Assembly: GCA_016235455.1 (NCBI GenBank)
Contig: JACRKZ010000067.1
Span: 64,001-128,000 of the forward strand
Origin: Armatimonadota bacterium
GTDB taxonomy: Bacteria > Armatimonadota > UBA10988
DNA: 64,000 bases
Direction: 5' to 3'
Shown piece by piece: positions 38,915-48,901 of this stretch. Under the pieces are notes generated by a model. The model ran no database searches and was not told the DNA's origin. It worked only from the letters and a program-made list of their open reading frames with translations. Position 1 is the stretch's first letter; each line of letters opens with the position of its first letter. The position numbers and the translations under genes were made by a program.

Positions 38915-39457
38915 CTACTCCTGTTCGGAGGCCGGCTTCTTGATGCCCACCTGCAGGCTGGACCACTCCAGCATCTTCCAGATGCCGGACTTGGTCAGCT
39001 TCATGCGGAACGGGCGTGGGTTGTCGGCGCCGCCGCACTTGACCATCAGGTAGACCACCTTGCCCTCCTGCTGGAGCTTGTCGGTGGTGAACTCGAGCTC
39101 GAACTTGTCCGGATCCATCTTGTAGTCGTTGTCCGGCACGGCGCCCTTGGCGTAGCTCTGGTAGAGGTAGGGCTGCTTCTGCAGGGTGGCGCGCCCCAGC
39201 ATCTCCTTCTCCCAGTCGGCGTTGTCCGTACTCGTGATCAGGCCGACCATCTCCCGGCCCTTGGCCTTGATGGTCTCGTCCGCGTTCAGATAGACATACA
39301 ACGCCTCGAGCCACAGGTGCGCCGCCGTCTTGTACTCCTTGCCCTCTGTCTCCAGTCGCGTCTTGAACTCGTCCACGGTGGCGGGCAGCTTGGCGCACGT
39401 CGGTGAAGCCACGCCTACGGCGCAGGCGCAGGCCAACAGCACTAGCAATCCACGCAT
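38915..39457 (-). CDS. Secreted hypothetical protein (DUF6935-like)
   Basis: Signal peptide; PYLYQSYAKGAVPDNDY, GGADNPRP, W..EWSSL.GIK. Confidence 0.65.
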   Translation of the reverse strand: MRGLLVLLACACAVGVASPTCAKLPATVDEFKTRLETEGKEYKTAAHLWLEALYVYLNADETIKAKGREMVGLITSTDNADWEKEMLGRATLQKQPYLYQSYAKGAVPDNDYKMDPDKFELEFTTDKLQQEGKVVYLMVKCGGADNPRPFRMKLTKSGIWKMLEWSSLQVGIKKPASEQE

Positions 39458-39657
39458 GTTGGGCATCCCTTCCACGTCTCCGGCATCGCTGACGGCCTGG
39501 CTGCACCCAACACCCGTGAGCGTGCCGGCCGCCAGCGAGCGCTGGGCGGTTGGGCTGATTCTAGGCACGGCCGGTGGCGGTCGCTAGGGGTAACGCGGTG
39601 AGCCCGAGTGTGTCCTGACCAGCGCCACACCCGCGCCGGGCGGAACGCCTCGGCCCG

Positions 39658-40254
39658 TCACGACCTGGCCTCCGCCAGCAGCGCGTCCAGGTGCTGGTCG
39701 GGCGTGGCCGAGTCGTACGGGGCGAGTTCGCTCCAGGTGAGCATCGGCCCATCGGCCGGCCAAGGGCCGGAGACGCCGGCCATCTGGCCATGGCCGGCGG
39801 CCCAGTGCGGTGGATCGACGCGGAAGCGGAAGACGTAGAACGTGCCCTGCCGCGAGGTGCCGGGCACCTGGCGCGTGAGCGTGGCGGTCAGCGTCATCTC
39901 CGTGGGCAGGGCGCCCAGTTCGTGCGGATGCAGCAGCCAGGTGGCCATCTCCGACTCCGCCAGCCGGGGCTCGGCGGCCAGCGCAGGCGGGAAGAGGTCG
40001 AGACGCTGGCTGTCTTCGAGTGCCTCGTAGAGGTGCCAACGCGTGTCCAGCCGGTGCGCCAGCGCCGCCACCATCGCCTGGTCGACCGCCTGGCCCTGGT
40101 CCAGCGCCTTGGTGACTGGCGCGATGGCTGCGTCGAGCCGGGCCTCGAAAGCACGGTCGGTGCGGTCCAGGCCACCGCTTCCCATGGCCAGGTACAGACC
40201 CAGGCCGAAAAGCACCAACGCCACACAACCGAGGACCAGCAACTTGCGCTTCAT
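39658..40254 (-). CDS. Membrane-anchored hypothetical protein
   Basis: N-terminal TM; AESEMATWLLHPHELG, YVFRFR, GVSGP; downstream of GH36. Confidence 0.65.
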   Translation of the reverse strand: MKRKLLVLGCVALVLFGLGLYLAMGSGGLDRTDRAFEARLDAAIAPVTKALDQGQAVDQAMVAALAHRLDTRWHLYEALEDSQRLDLFPPALAAEPRLAESEMATWLLHPHELGALPTEMTLTATLTRQVPGTSRQGTFYVFRFRVDPPHWAAGHGQMAGVSGPWPADGPMLTWSELAPYDSATPDQHLDALLAEARS

Positions 40255-40264
40255 CACGACATCC

Positions 40265-42799
40265 CTACGCACCGGCACGCTCATAGACCAGCACGCGCAC
40301 GCCCGGCTGCTCGCCGATGGTCACCAGCAGGCCCGCGGCCAGCTCCGCGCCGGTCAGCATGCGCGGCGGCTGGTGCGCGTCCAGGTCAGTGACAGTGTAC
40401 TTCGCCGCGGCGTCAAGCCCGCGCAGCTTCAGGCGACCGGCCTCGTAGAAGCTGTCTTGCCGCCGGAAGACCTGCACCATGCCATCGCCCTGTTCGGGCC
40501 GGTCGAACTGCCAGCCGGCCCACACCGTGGCGTCGCGCGACACCGGCGTCAGTGGGTAGAAGTCGCCGTAATAGTACTTGTTGACCTGCCGCCACTGGCC
40601 ATAGAGCCGCCGTAGCGCCGGATAGTCCAGCCCGCGGTCACGCACATCGATGCCACTGCCCAGGCTCTGTCCCGCGTTGCTCCAGAACGCATAGGGCTCC
40701 ACCGGCGTGCGCCCGCCGCCATAGTAGCCCGCGTTGGCGCAGGCCACCGTGCCCGTACCGTGGTACGGCAGCCAGGTGCTCAGGCCCATCATCATGCACT
40801 GGTGGCCGATGGGCTCGAAGGCGTAGTCGCTGCGCCACAGCGGCACCGCGCGGCGCGCGCACTCCAGGTCCAGTCGGCGGCCGCCGCTGGCGCAATCGTC
40901 GATGAGCATGTCCGGGTGCCGCCGATGCAGCTCGTCCCAGTAGGCCAGGAGCCCCTCGCAATGGCGGATCTCGGTGATGCCTTGCCGGTCCTCGGCGTCG
41001 TGGCCGCGCCAGTAGCCCAGCGGGTCCATGTTGAAATCCTGGCGGTACAGCCCGATGCCCTGCTTGGTGAGCACGCTGTCGATGTGCTCGATGAGCCATT
41101 TGCGCGCCTCGTCGTTGCCCAGGTCCAGCAGGCCGCCAGCCTTGCCGCCGAGCACCCACTCGGGATGGTTGTCGGCCAGCCAGGTGCCGGCCGAGACGCG
41201 TTCCGGCTCGAACCACAGCAGCGTCTTGAACCCGCGCGCCTTCGCATAATCTGAGATGGGCCGCAGCCCGCCGGGGAACCGCGCGGGATCGACTTCCCAG
41301 GTACCCACATGTGGCCAGCCGGCGCCGTTGTGGATGTACCAGCCGGCGTCCATCCACCAGTAGTCGAGCTTGAGCCCTTCCTCCTCGTAGCGGTCGATGA
41401 AGGCCTTCTGGTTGGCCTCGTCAGCCTCGATCATCTCGGCATACTGCCGCGAGCTGGAGGCCACGAACTGCGGCCGGGGCAGCTCGCCGCCGGGCCGCGG
41501 CATCGAATGCGCCATCGTCCAACGGCGCCACACGTTCTGCCCGCGCAACCAGTCGCCGCCCTGCCAGAACTGCAGGACGATGGACGGCGTGCGAATGGAC
41601 TCACCCGGATGCAGCCGGAGATGCGTCAGCTCCATGCCCGCGCGCACCCGTAGCCCGCTGCTCACGTCGCGCGCGAACTCGGCGGCCCACTGACCCGGCC
41701 AGCCCACTGCCAGCACAACGCCGCGCCGGCTGCCATCGCCGTGGGGCGACTCCAGGTTGAAGTACGACCAGTGCTGGTTGGTCGAGCGGCCGCCCGCGCC
41801 GCCAAAACGCGTGGTCGAGCCGCCGCCGAGCACCGTCTCGCGCGGGCTGAAGTCATTCCCGTCAGCCGGCGAGCCGACGTTGTGATGCAGCAGGTACTCG
41901 CCGCCACCAGGCCGATTGAGGTCGACCGCCAGCGCCTGAACCTGCTCCAGCAGCGGCGTATCCTGCTCGCCGGTGTTGGTGAAATGGACCGTCCATTCGA
42001 CCGTGGGGAATCCGGGGTAGGCCACGCCGGCCAGCCGCACCCGCAGGCCCGTAGCCGGATCGGTCCAGGTCTGCTCAGTACCACGGCGCTCGTGCTTCCA
42101 GGTGGGCAGGAGTTCCGACGACGGTTTGCCGCCATAGACGAACGAGAACGGCGGGCCGCCGGCCAGCAGCGCCGCCGCGCGGTCGTCGCGCAGCGGCAGA
42201 TCGCCCAGCCACAGCTCGCGTCCATCGGCCAGCGCGACCTTGGCCTCGGCCCAGTCGGCCTGGTCGCAGGCGATTCCGTCGGGTGTGGTGTCCACCTGCA
42301 GCAGAAACTCGGTCGCGCCGTCGAGCGGCACCTTGACGGCGGCCGGCGGCATCCCTTCGCGCACCGTGCCCGAGCGGAACCGCTCCCCGCCGGCCACGCT
42401 CACGGCGAAGTCGACACTGCCGCGGCCGCCGCTGGTCTGGGAGTTGCTGTCCACGCCGACCAGCGCCGTGAACGTGGCGCCGGGGCCGGGCAGGCGCACC
42501 AGAATGCGGCTCGGCGCATGGCAATAGACGCCGCGCTCGAAGCTCTTGCCGGCCAGCAATAGCGGCTTGCCCTGCCGCGCGTTGAGGCTCGGCGCGTCGT
42601 GGTTGGCCAGGACGGTGAGGCCCGGCTCAAGCTGCGAGCCCGGCGTCTCACCACTCAACCGCGTGGCGGCGAATCGCGCCGCGAAGCCCTGCTCGTCTGG
42701 TGTGACCGTCACAGCCTTGCCCTCCGCGGCCAGCGCCAACGGCGCCAGCGCCGCCAGCGCCAACGGCGCCAGCGCCAGCAGGAACATGGATGGTGCCAT
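40265..42799 (-). CDS. Alpha-galactosidase (GH36) with an N-terminal NPCBM/NEW2 domain
   Basis: NPCBM (FERGVYCHA..VGVD..DQADWAEAK); WWMDAGW, LWFEPE, RQDFN, DCASGGRR, WRSD; C-terminal LRGLD..Y. Confidence 0.9.
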   Translation of the reverse strand: MAPSMFLLALAPLALAALAPLALAAEGKAVTVTPDEQGFAARFAATRLSGETPGSQLEPGLTVLANHDAPSLNARQGKPLLLAGKSFERGVYCHAPSRILVRLPGPGATFTALVGVDSNSQTSGGRGSVDFAVSVAGGERFRSGTVREGMPPAAVKVPLDGATEFLLQVDTTPDGIACDQADWAEAKVALADGRELWLGDLPLRDDRAAALLAGGPPFSFVYGGKPSSELLPTWKHERRGTEQTWTDPATGLRVRLAGVAYPGFPTVEWTVHFTNTGEQDTPLLEQVQALAVDLNRPGGGEYLLHHNVGSPADGNDFSPRETVLGGGSTTRFGGAGGRSTNQHWSYFNLESPHGDGSRRGVVLAVGWPGQWAAEFARDVSSGLRVRAGMELTHLRLHPGESIRTPSIVLQFWQGGDWLRGQNVWRRWTMAHSMPRPGGELPRPQFVASSSRQYAEMIEADEANQKAFIDRYEEEGLKLDYWWMDAGWYIHNGAGWPHVGTWEVDPARFPGGLRPISDYAKARGFKTLLWFEPERVSAGTWLADNHPEWVLGGKAGGLLDLGNDEARKWLIEHIDSVLTKQGIGLYRQDFNMDPLGYWRGHDAEDRQGITEIRHCEGLLAYWDELHRRHPDMLIDDCASGGRRLDLECARRAVPLWRSDYAFEPIGHQCMMMGLSTWLPYHGTGTVACANAGYYGGGRTPVEPYAFWSNAGQSLGSGIDVRDRGLDYPALRRLYGQWRQVNKYYYGDFYPLTPVSRDATVWAGWQFDRPEQGDGMVQVFRRQDSFYEAGRLKLRGLDAAAKYTVTDLDAHQPPRMLTGAELAAGLLVTIGEQPGVRVLVYERAGA

Positions 42800-42886
42800 G
42801 GGTCGCATGGTAGCACTTCCCCTGGTGGGGGATTGGCTGTTCGCTGGCGGTCACCTGCCGCGCCGGATGGCCACCAGAACCACGAT

Positions 42887-43035
42887 CGGCGCCGCCAGTG
42901 CCGGACCGCCACGCTCCGGCGTGGCATCGGCCACAGGCGAAGCCGGCGGCCGACCGGATGGCGTCGCCGTTGGGAAGTTCGGGTCTGCGACCCGATGCCA
43001 CGCTGGAGCGTGGCGGTCCGGCACTGGCGGCGCTG
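42887..43035. repeat. REP/REPIN-like palindromic element, copy 2
   Basis: 44-bp terminal inverted repeats (42887-42930, 42992-43035) with two mismatches; each arm contains the palindrome GCCACGCTCC.GCGTGGC. Confidence 0.88.
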
Positions 43036-43043
43036 ATCCGTGC

Positions 43044-45797
43044 CTACGCGCCTCTCACCTCGACGGTCCCACTCGGCCCCACCGGCGCGCCACCCCTCAC
43101 GGGCACACGCAGCGTCACCGTCCGCTCGCCCTCGCCGGCGGCGATGGTCACCGCGAACGGCGCCGGCGCGCCGTCGGCCTTGGTGCCCAGCAGCACACCG
43201 TCGACCCACACTTCGGCCGCGCCGCCGAGCTCGGCGAAGCACAGCGCCCCGCCTTGCGCGCGCGCCGCGGCGAACGGCGTGAACTGGGCGCGGAACAGCA
43301 CCCAGCCGTCGCTGGGCAGAGTCTGGCAACCAGTCTCGGGGCGCACCTGGAACCACGAGTTCATGTCACTGTCGGCGATGACCTGCCGCGGGTCAGGCGC
43401 CTCGTTGGTCAGCGGCGACATGCGCCAGCGGCTCACGCGCAGCGTCGGCGGCTCGGGCGCCACCGCTGGCCGCGCCGGAGCGTCGGTCACCGTCAGGCGC
43501 AACTCGTAGCCCCTCAGGCCCTCGGCGTTGGCCGTCAGCACCACCTCGCCCGGCCCGCCGGTGGACTGGATGATGACCTGCGCCAGGCCGGCAAACAGCG
43601 AGCGCTGCCAGCCCTGCTCGGGCTCGTGGCAGGTGGGGTCGCCATTGCCCAGGCCGATGATGCGCGCTGGGCCGCTGATGGTGAAGGTCACCAGGTGGTC
43701 GGCGGTCGGATGCTCGAGCCAGGCGTCGTCGCTGGCCACGGCCCGCACTTCGACCGGCAGCACATGTTCGCCGTCACCCAGCAGCCCGCCGTCGTGCAGC
43801 AGTTGCAGCGCCACGGGCTCGCCCTGCGTCTCGACATACTCCACCAGGCCCGGACCGTGGTCGGGCGCCGAGGCCGTCAGCGTACCCGGCTCATAGGGCA
43901 CCAGCCACTCGGCGGTGCCGTCGGGTGCGACCGTCTGCCGGCCCTGGCTGCGGTGGTTGAGCCGCAGCTCCACCTCCGGCAGCGTGGTGATGACCATGAC
44001 CTTGATCGGCTCGCCCTCGCGGCCGGCCCAGTTCCAGTGCGGCGCGATGCGCAGCATGGGCTCCCTGATCCACTGGACCTGGTGCAGGTAGAAGGCGGTC
44101 TTGGGGAAGCCGCACTGGTCCATGATGCCGAAGAACGACCCGACCACGGGCCACACGTGCGGCGTGGGCTCGCCATGGTAGTCGAAGCCGGTCCAGGTGA
44201 ACCCGCCGGCCAGCCACTCGCGGTCGGCCACCGCGCGCCATCCGGCGCGGTGCGTGGCGCCCCAGGGCGCGGCCTGCGTGTCGTCTTCGGCCATGATGCA
44301 GCGCTCGCTGTCGGTGGTCCAGGCGCCGCGCGTCATGAAGGCCGAGGTGTCCTCGCTGCTGGTAACCGGCAGCGCCGGGTTGGCCGCATGGAAGCGGTCG
44401 TAGGAGTCGATCTGGTAGTTGAACCCGACCACATCCACCGCCTGGCTGACGTTGACCGGCTCGAACAGCCCGCCGTTCATGGCTGCGGTCACCGGCCGAG
44501 TGCGGTCCAGCGCCCTGACCACGCTGGCCATGCGCCGCACCATCTCGTAGCCCACGGGCGAGCCCTGCATAGGCTCCTCGTTGAACACCGACCACAAGAT
44601 GACGCTAGGGTGGTTGCGGTCGCGCCGCACCAGCCATTCGAGCTGCCGCACATACTCGGGCGAGCAGTTGAAGTGGCGGTTCTCGTCCATGACCAACATG
44701 CCCAGCCGGTCGCAGGCGTCCAGTAACTCCACCGATGGCGGGTTGTGGGCACAGCGATAGGCGTTGCAGCCCATCGCCTTGAGCCGGCGGATGCGCCATT
44801 CGACCAGCGCGTCGGGCACCGCCACGCCCACGCCGGCATGGTCCTGATGGTTGCAGGTGCCTTGCAGCTTGACCGGCTGTCCGTTGAGGAAGAAGCCCTG
44901 GTCGGCATCGAAGCGCAGCGTGCGGAACCCACAGGTCGTGGTCACCTCGTCGACCACCGCGCCGTCGACCAGCAACTCGCTGTGCACGCGATACAAGTAC
45001 GGCTCATCGACCGACCACAAGTTCACTGACGGCACATCCAGCACCATGGCGGCCTCGGCCTCGCCGAGCACCGGCACCAGCGCCTGGACCGCGCCGCCGA
45101 CCACCGGCCGCCCGTCGGCGTCGAGCAGTGTCGACCGCACCTGCACCGCCGCGTCGTCGTGTCCGCAGTTGGCCAGCGTCACGCTCACGGGCAAGCGCCA
45201 GCCGTCCCCGCCGCGCACCGGGTCGGCATGCACGCCGTCGGTGACGATATGCACCGGCGCGCGCTTGGTCAGCCAGGTGTGGCGATAGATGCCGCCGCCC
45301 TCATACCACCAGCCCTCCATGGCATTGGCGTCGACGCGCACGGCGATGACGTTGATCGCATCGCCATAGGTGGCGAACGGCGTGATGTCGATGTGGAACG
45401 ACGTGTAGCCGCACCAGTTGCGATGCACCACCGTGCCATTGACCCACACCGTGCAGTGCGTGGCCACGCCATCGAAGCTCAGTTCCAGGTGCCGGCCACG
45501 GTCGGTCTCCTCCAGCCGCAACCGCCGCCGATACCAGGCGATGCCCCGCGGCCGATAGCCTTGGGACGGGTTGGCCTGGGGGTCGAACGGCCCTTCCACC
45601 ACCCAGTCGTGCGGCAGATCGAGCACGCGCCACTCGCTGTCGTCGAAGTCGGGCGCGGCGGCGCCCCAGGCCACGCCGGCCTTGGCGTTCATGTAGGTGT
45701 CGCCGTGACCGTTGAGCGACGGGAACGCGATGTCGCCGAGATGGAAGCTCCAGCCGAGGTCGAGACGGAGGTGGTCGCGGGCGGGTTGATCGGGCAT
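43044..45797 (-). CDS. Beta-galactosidase (GH2, GalA-like)
   Basis: LPHDW, WWYEGGGIYR, NHQDHAGVG, RCAHNP, RDRNHPSVILWSVFNEE, SE, WTGFDY.GEP, GNGD. Confidence 0.93.
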   Translation of the reverse strand: MPDQPARDHLRLDLGWSFHLGDIAFPSLNGHGDTYMNAKAGVAWGAAAPDFDDSEWRVLDLPHDWVVEGPFDPQANPSQGYRPRGIAWYRRRLRLEETDRGRHLELSFDGVATHCTVWVNGTVVHRNWCGYTSFHIDITPFATYGDAINVIAVRVDANAMEGWWYEGGGIYRHTWLTKRAPVHIVTDGVHADPVRGGDGWRLPVSVTLANCGHDDAAVQVRSTLLDADGRPVVGGAVQALVPVLGEAEAAMVLDVPSVNLWSVDEPYLYRVHSELLVDGAVVDEVTTTCGFRTLRFDADQGFFLNGQPVKLQGTCNHQDHAGVGVAVPDALVEWRIRRLKAMGCNAYRCAHNPPSVELLDACDRLGMLVMDENRHFNCSPEYVRQLEWLVRRDRNHPSVILWSVFNEEPMQGSPVGYEMVRRMASVVRALDRTRPVTAAMNGGLFEPVNVSQAVDVVGFNYQIDSYDRFHAANPALPVTSSEDTSAFMTRGAWTTDSERCIMAEDDTQAAPWGATHRAGWRAVADREWLAGGFTWTGFDYHGEPTPHVWPVVGSFFGIMDQCGFPKTAFYLHQVQWIREPMLRIAPHWNWAGREGEPIKVMVITTLPEVELRLNHRSQGRQTVAPDGTAEWLVPYEPGTLTASAPDHGPGLVEYVETQGEPVALQLLHDGGLLGDGEHVLPVEVRAVASDDAWLEHPTADHLVTFTISGPARIIGLGNGDPTCHEPEQGWQRSLFAGLAQVIIQSTGGPGEVVLTANAEGLRGYELRLTVTDAPARPAVAPEPPTLRVSRWRMSPLTNEAPDPRQVIADSDMNSWFQVRPETGCQTLPSDGWVLFRAQFTPFAAARAQGGALCFAELGGAAEVWVDGVLLGTKADGAPAPFAVTIAAGEGERTVTLRVPVRGGAPVGPSGTVEVRGA

Positions 45798-45992
45798 GTT
45801 GTCGGCTCCGGGGGAGATGGTAGCGGGTGAGGCGGTTGTCGGCTAGGGGCTGTGGCAACTGCGCCTGGCGTCAGCTGCGGATGCCGCGCCGGTCAGTTGG
45901 GCCAGCGGCCGGGCCAGACTGGTTACACCGCGCTCCAGCGCGGCCTTGGAGTCCGGCTCGGAGCCAAACGGTGCATCGGTTGTCCAGCCAGT

Positions 45993-46143
45993 GCCGCCAG
46001 TGCCGGTGCGCCAATCGCCAGATTGGCATCGGCCGGAGGCGCAGCCGCAGGCCGACATCGCGGCGGACCTGTGGCCAACGGTGGTCCTACGGACCACTGC
46101 CAAGCTGGAGATGTCGCCAGCTCTGCCATCTCAGCGTACCGGC
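45993..46143. repeat. REP/REPIN-like element, degenerate copy 3
   Basis: GCCGCCAGTGCCGG..GCCAATCGCCAGATTGGCATCGGCC..AGGCG.AGCCG..GGCCGAC matches copy 2; an extra REP-like palindrome CCGCGCTCCAGCGCGG lies near 45927-45942. Confidence 0.65.
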
Positions 46144-46254
46144 GTCAGCGCTGCTGGTCCTCGGCGCTGGAGACGGCCAACGCCGAGTAGAATCGCCATT
46201 CGCTTGGAGGCCGGCATGGCGCCAAGGCGCGGCGAGCCCGGACTGGCCCCGACT

Positions 46255-47265
46255 CTAGCGCAGCCACTTCTCGTCGATCTCGAAGGCGTCGATAAGCGGG
46301 GTGGAATCCGAGATGGGCATCTGATTCCAGCGTCCACGCCACGGCTGCGGCGGCACGCGGTCGGGTTGGTACGACAGCCCGCCGCCGTCCAGCCCGATGG
46401 CCATGCCCACGGTCAGCCGCCAACGGCCGGCGAACAGCCATCCCTCCCACTCCGGCGCGCCGAGCAAAGCCGCCACCTCGGCTCGCGAGCGGCCCAGCAA
46501 GCGCCCGCTCGCGATCAGGTCGAGAGCCAGGGCCACGCGTCGGCCCGGCTCCTGCCGCCAGAGCGCCGCGTCGAACGATCGGCGCGCGGGCACCGGGTCC
46601 CGGTCCCTGGCAGTGCGCCACAGCTTCACCTCAACCGCACCCGACCAGGGCGTGTAGAACACCTCCAACAGGGGCGCCGCTGTGTTGCCTGGCGGCGCCA
46701 GTCGGTAGTTCTGCTCAATGGTGCGCGGCCGGTAGCCGAACCGCGGCTCGTCGACCAAGCCGGTGCCGGGCACGGCGCTCACGTAGTCAGGCACCAAGGA
46801 CTGCAGCCGGGGTGGCGGATGCTGATGGTCCTTCTCGTAGCGACCGATGGCCGCGATGAGCGTGTCGGTGCGCGCGTCGAAGCGCACCTTCGCCGCCTCG
46901 TTGCCGCGCCGCGCCGCCCACATGCCCCCCGGCACGCTGGCAACCAGGGCCAGGTGGAAGGCCAGGACGATCCATGCGGCCACCCTGACCGGACGACCGC
47001 GCCGCCGAGCCCACGACCGCAGACAGAGCAAACAGAGCCCGCCGGCTAGCCCGCCGAAGAATGGGTACACGCAGAGAAGGCCCTCAAAGCCGATGCCGCC
47101 GTTCTTGAGTTCCCGGCCCTGCCAGGCACCCACCACCATGCGCAGCCACATCAGCTCCACCGCGGCGAGCCCTGAGCACCAGGCGACAGCAACCAGGCCG
47201 GCACACACCAGGACGATGGCGCGGAAGACGCGCCCGACCTGATCTCTTCGCAATGTCGTCGCCAT
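46255..47265 (-). CDS. Membrane hypothetical protein with GspG-like and SmpA/OmlA-like motifs
   Basis: Three TM segments; AAIGRYEKDHQHPPPRLQSLVPDY; LLGRSRAEVAALLGAP. Confidence 0.6.
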   Translation of the reverse strand: MATTLRRDQVGRVFRAIVLVCAGLVAVAWCSGLAAVELMWLRMVVGAWQGRELKNGGIGFEGLLCVYPFFGGLAGGLCLLCLRSWARRRGRPVRVAAWIVLAFHLALVASVPGGMWAARRGNEAAKVRFDARTDTLIAAIGRYEKDHQHPPPRLQSLVPDYVSAVPGTGLVDEPRFGYRPRTIEQNYRLAPPGNTAAPLLEVFYTPWSGAVEVKLWRTARDRDPVPARRSFDAALWRQEPGRRVALALDLIASGRLLGRSRAEVAALLGAPEWEGWLFAGRWRLTVGMAIGLDGGGLSYQPDRVPPQPWRGRWNQMPISDSTPLIDAFEIDEKWLR

Positions 47266-47368
47266 GGCCAAGCTCCTGCTCGGGGCGGGTCGCGGTCGCC
47301 CCAGCGGCCGCGGCATCCGGCGCCTGCCCGAACAACCAACGTGCGACGACGGCGGATCCGCCACCGAG

Positions 47369-48901
47369 TCACCGCCGCCGCCGTGGCCCCAGCCAGCCGG
47401 TGCAGCCTGAGCGGCCCTCCGGCCGCGCTCCAGGCGCCGCCGGCATCGGCGGAACGGGCCCGACAAACCCGCTCAGTCCGCTGGCCCGCGCGATCTGGGC
47501 GTAGACCGGCCAGGTGGAGTCCGGGTCGATCCTGGCCGCCTGGCGAATGCGTTCCCAGGCCTCCTCCTTGCGACCGAGCTCCAGGGCGCACAGCGCCAGC
47601 GCCTGCAACGCCGGCGCCGAGCCCGGCTGCAGCTCGACCGCCCGGCGGTAACGGGCGATCGCCTCCTCGCGGCGACCCAGCTCACACAGCACGTTGGCGC
47701 TGACGATCCAGGCCTCGGCCTCGGTTGGCGTCGCGGCCAGCCACTCCTCGCACTTGGCCAGAGCGGCCTCCGGCTCGCCAAGCCGGAGCAACCAGAGCGC
47801 CCAGTCGGCGTAGACTGGCGCCCAGCCCGGGCGGATGGCCAGCGCCGCGGCGAACTTGCCGGTAGCGGCTTCCCAGTCACCGCGCATGGCCAGGCACAGG
47901 CCCCACAGATGCAGCGACGGGTAGAGGCGCGGCTGGACAGCCAGCGCGGCCCGGAGCCGCTCTTCGGCGCGGACCAGGTCGCCATCGACCAGTGCCCTGC
48001 GCCCCAGGTGGTGGAGAGCGATGGCATCGCGCGGGTCGGCCGCAAGCGCCTGCTCGAACCACCGCTCGGCCTCGCCCGGCGTGCCCTGTCGCACAGCGTG
48101 GAGGCCCCGCGACCGCAGCGCCACGCCGCAGCTCGCGTCGGCTTCGAGCGACCTGCGCAGCGACTCCAGTCCAGCCGTCTCACGGCCGTCAGCCAGCAAT
48201 GCGCTGCCGCGCCAGGCCCAGGCCTCCGCGTCGCTTGGGTTGAGGGCGAGCGCGCGCTCATAGTGCTCGATGGCGCCTGCGAGGTCGCCCTGCGTTTGGT
48301 GCGTTGTGCCGACAACCACGAGTGTGCTCACGTCGTCCGGCACGATACCGAGGGCCGCATGGTACTTGGCCAAGGCGCCGTCAAGGTCCCCTGCGTCGAA
48401 CAGCGCATGGCCCCAGCAGAGCAGCGCGGACCAGTGCCCTGGATCAGCCGCCAAGGCCGCTCGGCACTTGGCGATGGCGCCTTCGGCATCACCCAGGCGC
48501 TGTAGAGCCGAGCCCCATTCGCAGAGGGCGCGAGCATCGCCCGGGTCGCGAGCCACGAGTTCCGACAGGATGGGCACGGCAAGCTCCGGCTCGCGCGCTG
48601 CGGTGTGCTGCACGGCGATGCTCAGCAGCACTTCGGGGGCGGCCTGGCCGTCATGCTCTTCACCCCACGCCGCCGCCTCGCGTAGCAGTGCCATCACCTC
48701 GGCGCGCCGGCCCACGCCGGCCTCGGCGGCGATCAACTTGGCCTCGTACAGCCGCTCGAAATCCACGTCCCCGTTCGCCGAAGCCCAGTCAGTCAACTGC
48801 CGGAGCCGCCGAGTCCACGCCTGCGGGTCGTTGCGCCAGCGGGGTTCGGCTTCGAGATAGGCATCTCTGTAGCGGGCCAGCCGTGCGGCTCGGTCAGTCA
48901 T
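47369..48901 (-). CDS. TPR-repeat protein
   Basis: About ten TPR units (AIEHYERALALNPSDAEAW, AIARYRRAVELQP); GGAGG SD. Confidence 0.85.
   Translation of the reverse strand: MTDRAARLARYRDAYLEAEPRWRNDPQAWTRRLRQLTDWASANGDVDFERLYEAKLIAAEAGVGRRAEVMALLREAAAWGEEHDGQAAPEVLLSIAVQHTAAREPELAVPILSELVARDPGDARALCEWGSALQRLGDAEGAIAKCRAALAADPGHWSALLCWGHALFDAGDLDGALAKYHAALGIVPDDVSTLVVVGTTHQTQGDLAGAIEHYERALALNPSDAEAWAWRGSALLADGRETAGLESLRRSLEADASCGVALRSRGLHAVRQGTPGEAERWFEQALAADPRDAIALHHLGRRALVDGDLVRAEERLRAALAVQPRLYPSLHLWGLCLAMRGDWEAATGKFAAALAIRPGWAPVYADWALWLLRLGEPEAALAKCEEWLAATPTEAEAWIVSANVLCELGRREEAIARYRRAVELQPGSAPALQALALCALELGRKEEAWERIRQAARIDPDSTWPVYAQIARASGLSGFVGPVPPMPAAPGARPEGRSGCTGWLGPRRRR

Noticed and set aside
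39458-39657. Riboswitch upstream of the DUF6935-like gene
   Set aside because: GC stems present but no recognisable aptamer motif
45827-46258. Protein-coding ORFs in this gap
   Set aside because: Explained by REP-like repeats; no SD or motifs
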